Positions 1 to 12,514 of a stretch of DNA of 64,000 nt are shown one piece after another. The position numbers were made by a program, and so were the translations under genes. The stretch's first letter is position 1. The number at the start of each line of letters is the position of its first letter. The DNA comes from Sminthopsis crassicaudata (taxonomy: Eukaryota), in the NCBI RefSeq assembly GCF_048593235.1, contig NC_133620.1:228099929-228163928 (forward strand). The letters are read 5' to 3'. Below the pieces are notes generated by a model. The model saw only the letters and a program-made list of their open reading frames with translations. It was not told the DNA's origin and searched no databases.

Positions 1-493
1 TGAGGTAAAAATATAGTTAGAATCCAGTTTGCTTTTTGTACTAGTCTAAAATTATCAAGTTGATCCATTTCTAAATAGAAATAAAGCATTATTGCCTTTC
101 TAATTAAAGAAATAAATAGGAAATTTTTGTTATAACATGGATGATATATAACACAATATACAAATTTACTTTGTGGGAAAAAAAGCATTTTTATTCTCTC
201 TTTATACTCTCCTAAACCTAAAATTAAGGTCACAACTTTTATTAGGGGTCATTCAGTCTTCTTCAGTGACAATATCAACAATCCATTATTGTGGGGGAAA
301 AAAAGATCAGTATGTGGTTCACTTTGTATGTTTCATTATCTATAGGATGTATGTCATTAGGGAATACAAGGTACTATAATTATACATTTCTGTGCATAAC
401 ATTGATTCAACATATTCACATAACATTGATTCAACATATTCACTATTATTTAAACTCTTTTACCTTTCTTGCTGCATAATGGATAATCCATAG

Positions 494-577
494 ATGCTTT
501 TGGAAGCAGTGTTTCTGAACCCCAACCTGCAACCCAGGCTGTTTCTAGTTCCTCAGCTTCGGCCGACCTACTAGCTG
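494..577 (+). CDS. SNAP91: SNAP91 (AP180) coding exon, phase 1-1, DAFGSSVSEPQPATQAVSSSSASADLLAG
   Basis: ccatag| acceptor at 492-493 and G|gtaatt donor at 578. The translation matches the recalled mammalian AP180 C-terminal region (DAFGSSASEPQP...ADLLAG). Confidence 0.95.
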
Positions 578-1609
578 GTAATTAACTTAAAATTTTTAAA
601 TTAAATTTTGCTTTATGGAAACTTAAGAAGGAAATTCATAATATGATGTGTGTTTTGCCTTTCTCATTGATTTCATAGAACTGAAAACAAAGTGATATGA
701 CCAAAAGCTACTCATTATATTCTTAAATGAATTTCATTGCATTTTATGAAACTAGTTTTAAAATCCTGTTATATACAAAACTATCCTTACCATATAGGTT
801 ATTGTGATCTCCTTTCCATTAGGTTATTTTCTTTATTATTCTTCTAAAAAGATGCTTTAATAAATCTGGACTATTACTCTTGCCTTGAGTTTCTCTTTTG
901 TGCCAGCAATTTGACATTGGTTAAAGAAGCATATGAATTACATGAGGAAAATTATTACTGACTTCTCTACTTAGTCTGAAGCTTATTATATGTTCTGCTT
1001 CCATAAGCAATATAGTTTTTTTTCTACAATTAATTCCAGTCCACCATGTTTGTATAATAGAAGACATACCAATAAATTATAAATGATTAATTTCTTTTGC
1101 TAAATGAGTTAAGGAGAAAATTTTGAGAATTTTAATCCTTTACTAAAGAAAACGTAAAGAGTCTTCATAACTACAGGGGAATTTTCTATGCCAGAATTTG
1201 GTGGTGATTTATGTTCTCCTCTTTATTTTACTAGAAGAAATGATCCTTCTCCATAATTATCCCTGCCACTGCTTAAGTTTGTTCTGGCAATTATTTGGCT
1301 ACTAATGCTTTACTTTATTTCAATGACTGGGTGAATTTTAACTGGATAATCCTACTTTCAAAGGATTTCAGGCTTAATCATTTCATCAGAGCTTCATAAA
1401 CACTGCTGCTTGTGGTGCTTTTGAAGCAAAAGTTTGATTATGCAGTGAAGATACGGGGATGAAAGGAGTGGCTGTACCAAGTTACAGGTGGCAACTTTGA
1501 AGGAAATTTAGCCCAAGTTCTGGCCAAGGAGTTTCTGTCAAAAGTTACATGGCAAATGAAAATTACCAAAGAAAAAGGCCCAGTTACAATATGGATGGCA
1601 TCTCAATTT

Positions 1610-2040
1610 ACCACCCCAGTTAGGTGCTGAGCATCAAGGAAGATCAGAGCTTAAATCTGGTCTCAGATACTGACTAGCTATGTGACTCAGTTTCCTCATC
1701 TATAAAATGGAAATAAGACTAGCATTTACTTCAGAGTTGTGAGAATTAAATGTGATAATATTTATAAAGTTTTTAGCATAAGTGACTAACATATTTTGGT
1801 GTTAAGTTGATTTTCAATCATATCCAACTCTCTGTGACCCCATTTGGGGTTTTCTTGGTAGAAAAACTAGATTGGTTTGCCATGTCCTTCCCCAGTTTAA
1901 TTTATAGATGAGAAAACTGAGCTAAACAGAATTAAACCCGGGGTCACACAGCTAGTAAGAGCCTAAGGCTGGATCTGAATTTAGGAAGACTTATCTTCCT
2001 GACTCCAGGCCCAGCAGTCTCTCCACTCTACCATTTAATA
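1610..2040. mobile_element. MIR and Mar1-type SINE pair (representative; similar copies at ~15160, 21150, 28075, 39010, 39230, 43060, 47850, 49850, 51480, 51870, 57000, 61400)
   Basis: CORE-SINE motifs CTCAGTTTCCTCATCTATAAAATGG / TTTTACAGATGAGGAAACTGAG; Mar1-type TTTTCTTGGCAAAGATACT head. Confidence 0.75.
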
Positions 2041-2196
2041 AGCACTGCATAAATGTTAACTATAATAATAACAATTATTATTACTATCTCTTCCTTCCCC
2101 CCACACCCAACCTCTGTTGCCTATAGTGGTTTTTGCAAAGCTGGAAAACATTTGGCATGTATTTAATTTCTTTTACATAAAGACTGAAGTTCTGAC

Positions 2197-2486
2197 TGGG
2201 AATTGAATGTAAACTATTAGCACTACTGCCTATCTACCCAGGTTACTTATACCTTCAGAATCCAATACTTAACGTGCAACAAGAAAATTGGATTTACACA
2301 CATATATTGTATCTAGGTTATATTGTAACACATGTAAAATGTATGGGATTGCCTGTCATCTAGGGGAGGGAGTAGAGGGAGGGAGGGGAAAATTTGGAAA
2401 AATGAATACAAGAAATAATGTTATAAAAAAATTGCTCATGCATATATACTGTCAAAAAAATTATAATTATAAAAATTAATTTAAAA
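2197..2486 (+). mobile_element. Young 5'-truncated L1 3' end
   Basis: G-rich 3'UTR tract and A-rich tail; perfect 18-bp TSD AAAGACTGAAGTTCTGAC (2179-2196 and 2487-2504). Confidence 0.85.
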
Positions 2487-4537
2487 AAAGACTGAAGTTC
2501 TGACAATTAGAATTATTCTTAAATAGAAAGAGCTGATTCAGAAGATAGTGATTTCCCCTCTTCTGAATGTCCCTATTTCTACTCAAGACAGCAGCATCCT
2601 TCCAGTCTCCCAAATTTGAAACCTTAGCATTATCTTTGATTTCTCCTCCTCCCTTAATTCACAATATCCACATGTTAAATATTATTGTCCCTGCCTCCAT
2701 ATCATCTCTCTCAACCTACTTCTTTTACCTACTTTTATAGTCTCTACCCTAATTTATATCCTTATAATCTTTCACTTCATGTATTACTGTAGTCTGCTAA
2801 TTGATCTTTCTACATGGTTTCCCCCCCTCTTCAATTCATCCTTCATACAGTTACCAAAGTGATTAGGAACAAATCCAATCATGACATTTTCCTCCCTAAT
2901 TATTCAACTCCTGTGGCCCCTTTTCTTCCTAGCATAAAAAAAGAAACTACTCCGGCTTTCAAAGAGATTCACAACTTGGTCACCTTTTCCAAGCTTATTA
3001 TACATTTCCTTTTGGTTGCTGACACACCAGTACCCCTCCCAGCCCCCCGCCACACTTCCCAAAAGTAGGATGTTTTCAAACCTTGATGTTGCCTCTTACT
3101 GTGTGATTTTAAGAGCAAATCCCTTAACCTTTTTCTGGGCCTCAGTTTCTTCATTATTAAATTGGGCAGGGTATGGATTAGATGATTTTTAGTCATTTCC
3201 AGGTTTAACTTTAAGATCCTATAAAAATGTATGACTATGATAAACTAGAAGTCAGTAATAATTCACTGGACTACATCATATATTTATGGACATTTTTTAA
3301 AAATTGAATAAGATTATATAATCTTTATTCAAAGGATTATAAAAGTTACCTGGGATATTAGAAATTAGTAAGTATTGCCTCTGTAACAACTCATTTTGAA
3401 TAATACAAAAAAAAAAAAAAAATCCCTAGGTACTATAGCAAATTTAATCAGTTTTCTTTGGGGGATGGAGAAGGCAATAGATTTCTGGTTTCTTTTCATA
3501 CATTATAAATTGTCTTAGAAGGCAAGAAGATAAGATTAAATAAGTACTTCTCTGAAAGACAGGCATGATCTTATTTGAGAATGATAGAACATAGCAACAT
3601 CTCACATTTCCAGATGATACTTAGCTCTTCAAGGAAGAAAGCAGTAAAGCTTTTAGACATGGAATATTTATTTTGCAAGTACACTTTCTCTTCTTACCTC
3701 ATTGAATTTCAGAGTTAGCTGGGACTAGAGTAGAAAGGTTAAATGGTTCATTTCCTATCCAAATCATGAATTATGACTGCCCTAGGGAATATAGGACATA
3801 TGATCAACCTCATTAAAGGAATGACTTTCTGAAGTCATCAACCCAATGTATTGCATGTCTAAAAGAGCAATAAAACTCTAGATAGTATCAAAAAGGAGTG
3901 TTGGAGAGAAAATATAAACTATTATCCTATTCTATAACCCATCCATAATGACACTAAAGCCAATCCAGAGTAAGGACAGCTAACTTATTAGGCTGAAACT
4001 GGGTGATTTTATTGGTGTCAGGAGATGTCCCAAATGAGGAAACTCCTTTTATAAATACAGACTGGCATCTTGAGTTGATAATTAATTGTAAATTATGTTC
4101 CTTGATCTTTGGGACAGTTATGTGACTTCTAGGGTCCTCTTTTTGCATCTTATTTCCTGCTATTGTCTTTATACTAGATATTAATACATTTACTTACTAT
4201 ACTGACTACAAAGGCAAGGGGCAGTCAGGGGGTACCAGTAACATAATGTTTTAAATATATGACTCCGCTACAAATTATAGAGTGTTGCTCAGGGCCAGGA
4301 GTGGCTAAGTAATTTGCCTGGGATTATACAACCAGTTGGTGTCAGACATAGCACTTGAATCAGGTCTTCCAGTTTTTGAAGCCAGCTGTCTTCTCCACAA
4401 AGCCATTTCTCTATCCACTGTGCCATATTACCTCATAATACTATGTTATTATAAACATAATTATGGGTTAATATGGGAAAATCATTTTAGCTTTCAGCTT
4501 CTTTTCATCTATAAAATGGAAATATCCATACTAGCAG

Positions 4538-4540
<3 letters not shown>

Positions 4541-4605
<65 letters not shown>
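4541..4605. repeat. (TC)n microsatellite, ~32 units
   Basis: Seen directly. Confidence 0.98.
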
Positions 4606-4612
<7 letters not shown>

Positions 4613-4613
<1 letters not shown>

Positions 4614-4764
4614 TTTTTTTCTTTTTTTTCTGAAGCAATTGGGATTAAGTGGCTTTCTCAGGGCCACACAGTTAGGAAGTGTTAAGTGTCAAAAGTCAAA
4701 TTTGAACTCAGGTCCTCCTGACTTCAGAGATGGTGTTCTGTGCACTGCACCACCTAGCTGCCCC
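4613..4764 (-). mobile_element. WSINE1-like tRNA SINE with (TC)n at its tail
   Basis: Reverse complement GGGGCAGCTAGGTGGTGCAGTG...GAGTTCAAAT...CCCAATTGC..A-tail. Confidence 0.85.
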
Positions 4765-6162
4765 CTCTACCAGCATTCTTAAGCAAGTATTTTGTACACT
4801 GTGAAGGTCAGTATAAATATGAGGTCTCAGTTAACTTGTAAGTAAAAAAAACTTTAATTCTTAAAATTTGCTTACTATTCATAGTTTCCCCCAAAAAAAT
4901 ACTAAAACTTCTTGATTAATGTGGCAAATTGCCATAGATATACATATCTACATATCATTTTTGATCTTTTATAAGTCTCTCATAATTTAAGTTTCTATTA
5001 TGCACTAGACTTCTTTTTCAAATTCCTTTTAAATTTTATAATTCTATAGGAATTTCTGCTCTTAATTCATAGCAGAGAATAATTTTTACATTTTTCTTTT
5101 ATCAGTCTAATAGATTCTTTGAGTCATAATCCACTAGAGATAGTAAACAGTAAAATATTGAATATTTTTCACTTGTAACTTTCTTCACCTTAGAAAAAGG
5201 GACTTCAGGTATTTTACTTTTTTTTTCCAGATATATGTTTCATCCATCCCAGAAGTAACGGATATAAAATTCATGTCTATATAGCTATTTTAATTTTTTA
5301 ACAGGTGAAAAAGATAAAAGAATGAGGAGCTGAATTTACTCAGATAGACTGGGATAATTTCTTGGCTTTTCTACTATCAAAAAATAATCTATTAAATTAT
5401 AAGATCCTCAAGGACAGGAACTACCTCATTTTTACCTTTATATCTCCTTGTTCTTACTGAAGGACCTGAGTATAGTAGGTACTTAATACAGTTTGTTTGC
5501 ATTGTTGAACATTTTGTTTAACCTTCATTTTTAATTATTTAACATAGCAGAACTGTTACATATAATTTGCCACAGTCAGTTCACTTCATTTTTTGCCTTA
5601 GATTGTATTTAAATGATATTGAAGGAAAATTGTTCATTAAAAAGTCTAATAGTGGAGTAACAACTATTTTTCATTCATTTACATGCAATCTAAATTTTGA
5701 CATGGGAAAGGAATAGAAGATCCCAATTAGTCATGTTAATAACCCTACATTCAAGGCTGAAACAAAATTTCAATTTTTAAACTATATTCATTTCAACAGA
5801 AATAGAAATGGGCCAATTCATATGTAGACTCCTCTAACATAGGGTTGGATTTTTAAGGTCTAAAATTATCAAACCAATAGATACTACTCTTTGAGCTCTT
5901 CATAAGAACCTAAAATGTAAAAGAGAATTTCATACATTTCAGGGTTCAAGGACTTTTTTTTTTGTTTGCATAGGACAGGGCAGACAAACGTTTAACTGAA
6001 CTATATATGTTATATGTGACTTACAGGTTACCCTTTTTGCAATTTTACTGCCTGCTATTGCCTTTATACGAGATATTAGTAAATTTACTTACTACACTGA
6101 CTAGAAATAGCTATTCATTCTACTTCTGTTAAAAGATGAATTCTGTTATTTGTAGGTAATAC

Positions 6163-6657
6163 TGTAATACTGGAGAAACTGAGCAAGATAGAGATTAGAG
6201 AACAATTAATAATTTATTAAATGGGAGAGATTTACTGGGACCAAATGGATCCATGGTTTGGTCCCAGGGCTGAATAAAACTATTGTTTCAAAAAATCCAG
6301 CCATGAATGTCAGATACAAGACTCTTTTGTAGGGTTACAAGAACGATGATATTAAGGGGGAGGTACCTGGATGGAGATGACCTAATGGGGGGAGGAACCT
6401 AGGATGACGATGACATAATGGAGACAGGCACCAAGGATGACATAATGGAGGGAGGTACTGGAGAGACTCCTGATATTCTAATGTTGTCTAAAATGGATAA
6501 AGACCTTTATCCCATCAAACATTAAGAGGAAATGATTATAGTGTAAGGTCTGAGATATAAGACCTTTATCCTAACATTAAGAGGGAATGGTTATAACCCT
6601 AAGGCAGAGTAACTGAATAGGACAATTAAGGAAACTGGGTCAGGACACTGTGGTACA
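6163..6657 (-). mobile_element. Probable older solo LTR in a SNAP91 intron
   Basis: TGT...ACA ends, a minus-strand AATAAA ~50 bp from its 3' end, and internal tandem duplications. The TSD is not cleanly resolved. Confidence 0.55.
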
Positions 6658-8009
6658 ACATTATGTAGTGCTTTAAGGTTTACAAAAAACTTTCTATATG
6701 TTATTTTATTTTGTCCTTCCAACTATTGCTATTATTTTTCCCATTTTGTAGATGAGAGAATTAGGGCTCAGAAGGCCACACAGCTAATAAGTAGCTTATA
6801 AGTAGGACTAATTTAGCTCGGGTTTTTCTGAAATCTAAAATTGTGTAATACTACTACCTCTCTTTGCAAAATAAAGATTAAACAATTGAAAATGTGCCAT
6901 GGAATATATAGAATTCTGTTTTTTATTGAACTCGGGATTCCATAATTTGTTGATAATTATATCTGGCATATGTTGATTTTAAAATTGAGGGTTGTGAAAT
7001 TTGGTAAAAATGGCTTTTAAAAAGTAAATTCTTTGATTCATCACTTTTAATACTTTAAGTTCTTAGACTTAATCAAGAAGAAACTATGGATTAAAAGTAT
7101 ATTGTAAGAAAAATGAAAACCCTGAGAGAAGATAGAATTTCTGAATAATTAATAATCAACATTTTAATTGTTCTAGCCAGCATTCAGTAAATTAAGGATC
7201 AATGGTTTCTCTCAGCAACCAAAGAAACAAAGTTAGATCCTAAAACACTTTAAATCCTTTCTAAAAAGAAATTCCTTTGACAAGTAAAACTCCACCCTGA
7301 TTAGCAGAGATTTAATGAGGAGGTAGCTCAAACTCTTTAGCTTCTCCTGCTTAGAATATGGCTTGATCTTGAGACTCAGAAACCTCAAGGCTGGGCAAAT
7401 GGAAACCATCTTCAATCAGATCTCTCTAGCTAGTTTTTTCCTTTAAGAGCTGAGTTTCTCTAATCTAATGGAAGAGATTTAGAACACCTGGGGTTCCTCC
7501 AGGTTTATTCAAATTAGATTCTATTTAGACACTAAACAAAAATTAAGTCTGTTGGGTGTGTCTCATTCCTTGAGGGCTAGAAACAAATCTCATCACTCAA
7601 CCAGCCCTTTCAAAGATAACTGACTTTTTCAGAAGATAGGTTTCAACTGAAATAAGAGGAGAAAGGGTAGATCATAAATTAATAATTATTAATGTAATGG
7701 TATAATTTTAATTTCTCTCAATTGTTATTTCTTAACATTAGGATCAAAAGATTTTTTGAATCCTAAGAATTTGTTATTCCAAGGGGGTTGTTGGACTATT
7801 ATTTCCTCTGATATTGTAGCTTCATGATTTGTGTAGTATTTTTTTTTCTAGTAGACTATTGTACAAACTATTAAACTATTAGATCCTTAAAGCAGAGTCT
7901 TTTGTCTTAGCATCCCCAGAATTTAGCACAATGCTTGGTCATGTAATATATACTCAATAACTATTTATTGACTAAAAAAAATTTTTAACCTATACGCTTT
8001 TTTAATTGT

Positions 8010-9470
8010 ATCACTTTAAGAATTACCCATAAGTCTTATGTACAAAAATATTTATACCACTTCTTTTTGTGATAGATAGCAAAGACCTGGAAACTAAAAA
8101 TATGCCCATAAAATGAGGAATGGATGACTAAATTATGGTATATGAATGTAATGGAATACTATTATGATGTAAGATATAATGAAGAGATTTTTAGAGAAAG
8201 GAAGACTAGTATGAATTAATGCCAGACTTAAGCAAGCAAAACCAAAAGCACACAATGACAAATAACACTGTAAAGATGAATAACTTAGACTTAAAAATTC
8301 TGATCAACTCAATGACAAATTATGATTCCAGAGGACTCATGATGAATTAATTGTACTACCTACCTCCCACAGAAGTGATTGATTCGGAGTATAGATTGAG
8401 ATTTATTTTTTAGACATGATAACAGGAAATTGTTTTGCTTAACTAAATACATTTACAAGAGTGGTGGATTTTTTTCTTTTTCAGAAAGGATTTGGAGTAA
8501 AGGAAAAGAAAGATTTTTGTTCATTGGTGGGGGAGGGGTTAAATTTAAAAGGAAAAAGAATTACCTCTCTGAAAATATCCATATCCTTTGACCCAGAGAG
8601 TCCTACTGCCAGGCCCCAAGAAGGCAATAGACAAAAAGAAAGGAGCTATATTCACAACACTTGGAGTTTTTTTGTTTTGTTTTGTTTATGATAACAAAGA
8701 ATTAGAAACAAAATAGATGTCCATACTTGAGGAAAGGTCAAACAAATTATGGCATATGAATGTAATCGAGTATTAGTGAATTTAAGAAACAGTGTATACA
8801 TTGAGCAACAATGATCTACCACAACTCCAAAGGACTTCATAAAGAAAAAAATCTATCCACCTACAGATGGAGAATTAATGAATATATATTGCAGATTGAA
8901 GTATATTACTTCCTTAGGTTTTTTTTTTTCCCACTCCAAAACATGGCTAATGCAAAAATATGTTTGACACAATTTCATATGTATAATGGGTATCATATTT
9001 TTTGCCTTCTTTTTGAATGGGGGAGAGAATGGAAGAAGGGAAAGTATTTGGAAAGGAAAATAACTAAATGCTTAAAATTAACAGTGAATATGAGGAATTC
9101 AAACAAGTTTAAGAAGAATGCACAGGAAAATAAGTAAAACAAAGAACAGAATATACCCAACTATAACAATGTAAAAGGAAAGGAAAAGCAAGTGAAAAGT
9201 GAATACCGTATAATTATAATGGCCAAATTTGTCCCCAGAGAAAAACTAAGAAAATGTACCTCCCTCTCTTCTTTGCAAAGGTAAGGAACTATGGGTATAG
9301 AATAATGCATATGCTTCTGGACATGGTTGATATGTTTGATATATTCTCACCCCCCTCATTTTCAGTCTTATATAGGGTAGCTCATTGAATGGATAAGGGA
9401 TATATATTCAGAAATTATTGTAATATAAAACAGTAATTGTAATATAAAAATAGTATCAGTAAAAATAACA
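8010..9470 (+). mobile_element. Cluster of old L1 3'-region fragments
   Basis: Repeated L1 ORF2-end/3'UTR motifs (AAATTATGGTATATGAATGTAATGGAATACTAT). Confidence 0.7.
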
Positions 9471-10416
9471 CTTTAAAAATATTACCAATTCCATCTTAGT
9501 GGAATGCTAATTTTTTTTCCATTTTATAGCTAGTAAACAATTTTTAACTTTTTTGTATTCCTAAATATTTGTTGCATTCATCTTTTTCTCTCTACTCACA
9601 TATTGACCACTTTCTTTCAGGCCTTCATCAATTATATCCTGGACTACTACAACAATTTATTAGTTGATCTCCTATCTTCACCCCTCTCCATTTTATTTTC
9701 TAAAAACTGTCCAAATGATACTCTTAAAGCAAGTCTGACTATGCCATTCCTTCTCTTTCTATTTCATCTTTAATCAAATCCAAATTTTTCTGTTGGGAAT
9801 TTAAAACCTCACACAACCAGTTTCTAGCCTGGTGTTGTTCATTCTTGAGGCCAACCTCAAATTGGCCTATTGGTTGATCATTACATACACATTCCATTTA
9901 TACTTCCTCCTTATCCCCATTTTACAGGATCCCTACAAAGTTCAGCTCGGGAATCATGTATTATATGAAGCCTTTCCTAATCTCCCCAGTTATACAACCA
10001 GCTACACTAGTCTCCTTCCTGAAATGAACTATATATTTACTTAAATGTGTACCTGTATTCTTTCTCAAGAATGGAAGCACCTTGAAGACAGAGACTTTCA
10101 TTTTTCTCTTTGTATTCCCAGAGCATTGCACAGTGTCTTGAAAACAAGTACATAGTGAATATTCATTTGATTAGTGGTTAAAGAATAGAAACTTAATTAA
10201 TACATACAGAAGTTAAGTTGCAATAAGAGAATTGGGAAACTCTAAAAAATCAGTTTATTTGGTTCTTCTGACTTTTTATCCATTGTTAATTTAAATATTT
10301 TTTTTGTATCTGTATTCCTCTAGCTCCTGTTTACCACAATATTTGTACATAATATATATTTGTACGTAATATTGCTTTAAACATTTTTTTTTTAAACTTT
10401 TCAACTGTTTTTCTAG

Positions 10417-10551
10417 GTTTTGGAGGTTCTTTCATTGCACCTTCTCCATCACCAGTAACACCAGCTCAGAATAACTTATTGCAACCTAATTTTGAAGCAG
10501 CTTTTGGAACATCACCATCAACTACTAGCAGCAGCTCCTTTGATCCATCAG
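10417..10551 (+). CDS. SNAP91: SNAP91 coding exon, GFGGSFIAPSPSPVTPAQNNLLQPNFEAAFGTSPSTTSSSSFDPS
   Basis: ttctag| acceptor and G|gtgagg donor; 135 nt, in frame with the previous exon; AP180 sequence recognised. Confidence 0.97.
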
Positions 10552-12146
10552 GTGAGGAAATAAATTGCACTTTTCATATAACTTATTTTGAATTCATTTA
10601 AAAATTACTTATTTATATTTTAAACTATCAAGAAATTAACAAATATTGGGTATTGAGACCCTTACATTTCAAACTGATCTTTTATTCTGTATTTTTAAAA
10701 TACTAATTTTAATTGTTACTTACAATTAGTACATTTGTGGGTAGCATTAGGAATAATCTACAAACCCTCTCTGAATCTATTTTTTAATTTTTAGCAGAAA
10801 TCTAACTTAACATGCACATCATCTCTTTGCATGTGCTTATCTTTGCATGAGTTTTAGAACTGAAAGGAAAACAAATACTTTGTACCATATAGTCAGTAAT
10901 CTGAATATACTCTCACTGCTGTTGGCAGGGAGAGCATGCCAGCTTGCATGGCACTCAGTTTTTCAAAGTTGAGATACAAATACAGAGTGTTCTTTGCCTG
11001 CCTTTAACTTTTCATCCCTGCTGTCATTTTGTTTGTATTCTCTTCCATTCTACTCTTCCTATGCTGGGTCCTTACTACAAATTTACAATTGGTGAGTTTT
11101 TGGCAATTAAGTGAGTTTAAAAAGCACCCTAATTCTATTCCTTGCCTGATGATTCAGTTGCTTCTGTAATTAGTGCATAATTGAATGCTATATTTTCCCC
11201 AATTTAAATTATAGTATTGCAATATTTATGATAGATGTCTAGCAAATATTACTTGTATTGGATTTTAGCAATACAATTTTCTATAACTAAGTATATGGTA
11301 TCAACAAATCCTACTGTGAGAATGTATTTGGAATGGTCCGTTTTGGACAATTGAAACTTCTCAAATGGTATTTTGCAAGACAAGCTTTTAAGAATCATTA
11401 GATAAATCTGTATAGGGCCAAATTTTTGTTTTAAAATTCCTATGGTAATTATGGTGTTTTAGGTGTGATCTTAAAGATGTAAGAAAATGTTGTTACCTAA
11501 AATAAAAAAATAAGAATCACAGTTTTTCATATATACTTAAAATATAGAATAAGTGTAAATTTATTCACTATGAATATTACTTGTTAAGTGTTACTATTTG
11601 ACATTCATTTCATCTAGTATGTGAGAATAAACCATTTATTCAAATTCAAATACTCAAAATTCATAGGATTTGTTGCTGTTTTAGAACAAAGAGTTTTGAC
11701 TTGCATTTATATTCCTAGGTTACATGATTCCTAGATTCAGTGATTGTTTAGATGTTCATTAAACTTATTTCAGCTTTGAGAGATCTTTGTTTCTGCACTT
11801 TAAAAATTAGGAGTTAACTCTCTCTTCATTTATCTTCTTGCCAACAGTAAAATACTTGTACTTTTTTTTTTTTTTTGTAAAAGTATATTATTTACTTGCA
11901 CTCACAATTTTAGTTAAAGTAATTTCAATTACAAGCAACTCTGATAAATCTATAAATGATGGGAGAAATATCCATCACTACTAGTAAAGTGAATTTCCTA
12001 ACTGGGAGTTCTGTTAACCTATGAAATAAAAAATCCAACTTCCCCATTTACCCCCACCCCATCAAGAAAGAAATAAAAGAAGCAACTCAATTCTGTTGTT
12101 ATTTTAAAAATATATATATTCTGAACCTGGTCTTTTTGAATTCTAG

Positions 12147-12296
12147 TGTTTGATGGACTAGGGGATCTTCTTATGCCTACTATGATTCCTGCTGGTCAGC
12201 CTGCACCTATTTCAGCTGTAACACCTGGCCCTGCTATGTCAGCAAGCAAAGCCCTTGGAAGTGATCTTGATTCATCTCTTGCAAATTTAGTAGGCA
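12147..12296 (+). CDS. SNAP91: SNAP91 coding exon, VFDGLGDLLMPTM...SDLDSSLANLVG; alternative internal acceptor at 12160-12161
   Basis: ttctag| acceptor and A|gtaagt donor; 150 nt, in frame; contains the DLL and DLDSSLA motifs shared by AP180 and PICALM. Confidence 0.97.
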
Positions 12297-12514
12297 GTAA
12301 GTAACATAATTGGCTTTTAAATTAAATAAAATTATTTGATGAAAGTTATTTTTGTTTCCAATATTCTTCATCTGATGTTTGTATTCATAAGACCAAGAGT
12401 AAGTAGGATTATCCAATGAATATAAATGTTTTTCCTAGTGGGAGTCCATAATTATTAATTCAATTCAATTCAATTCAACAGCCTTCAGTCCTTCTTTATA
12501 TGGTTTTTATTTTA

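Noticed and set aside
4119-6107. Duplicated 95-mer as a pair of C/D or H/ACA snoRNAs, or as mutually exclusive exons
   Set aside because: There is no canonical RTGATGA box C or terminal stem, an ACA reading needs the strand opposite the host, and both copies hit stops in the required phase with no good donor. Kept only as an unexplained element.
7240-7600. Possible LTR-like segment
   Set aside because: It has a minus-strand AATAAA but no definable TG..CA ends or TSD.
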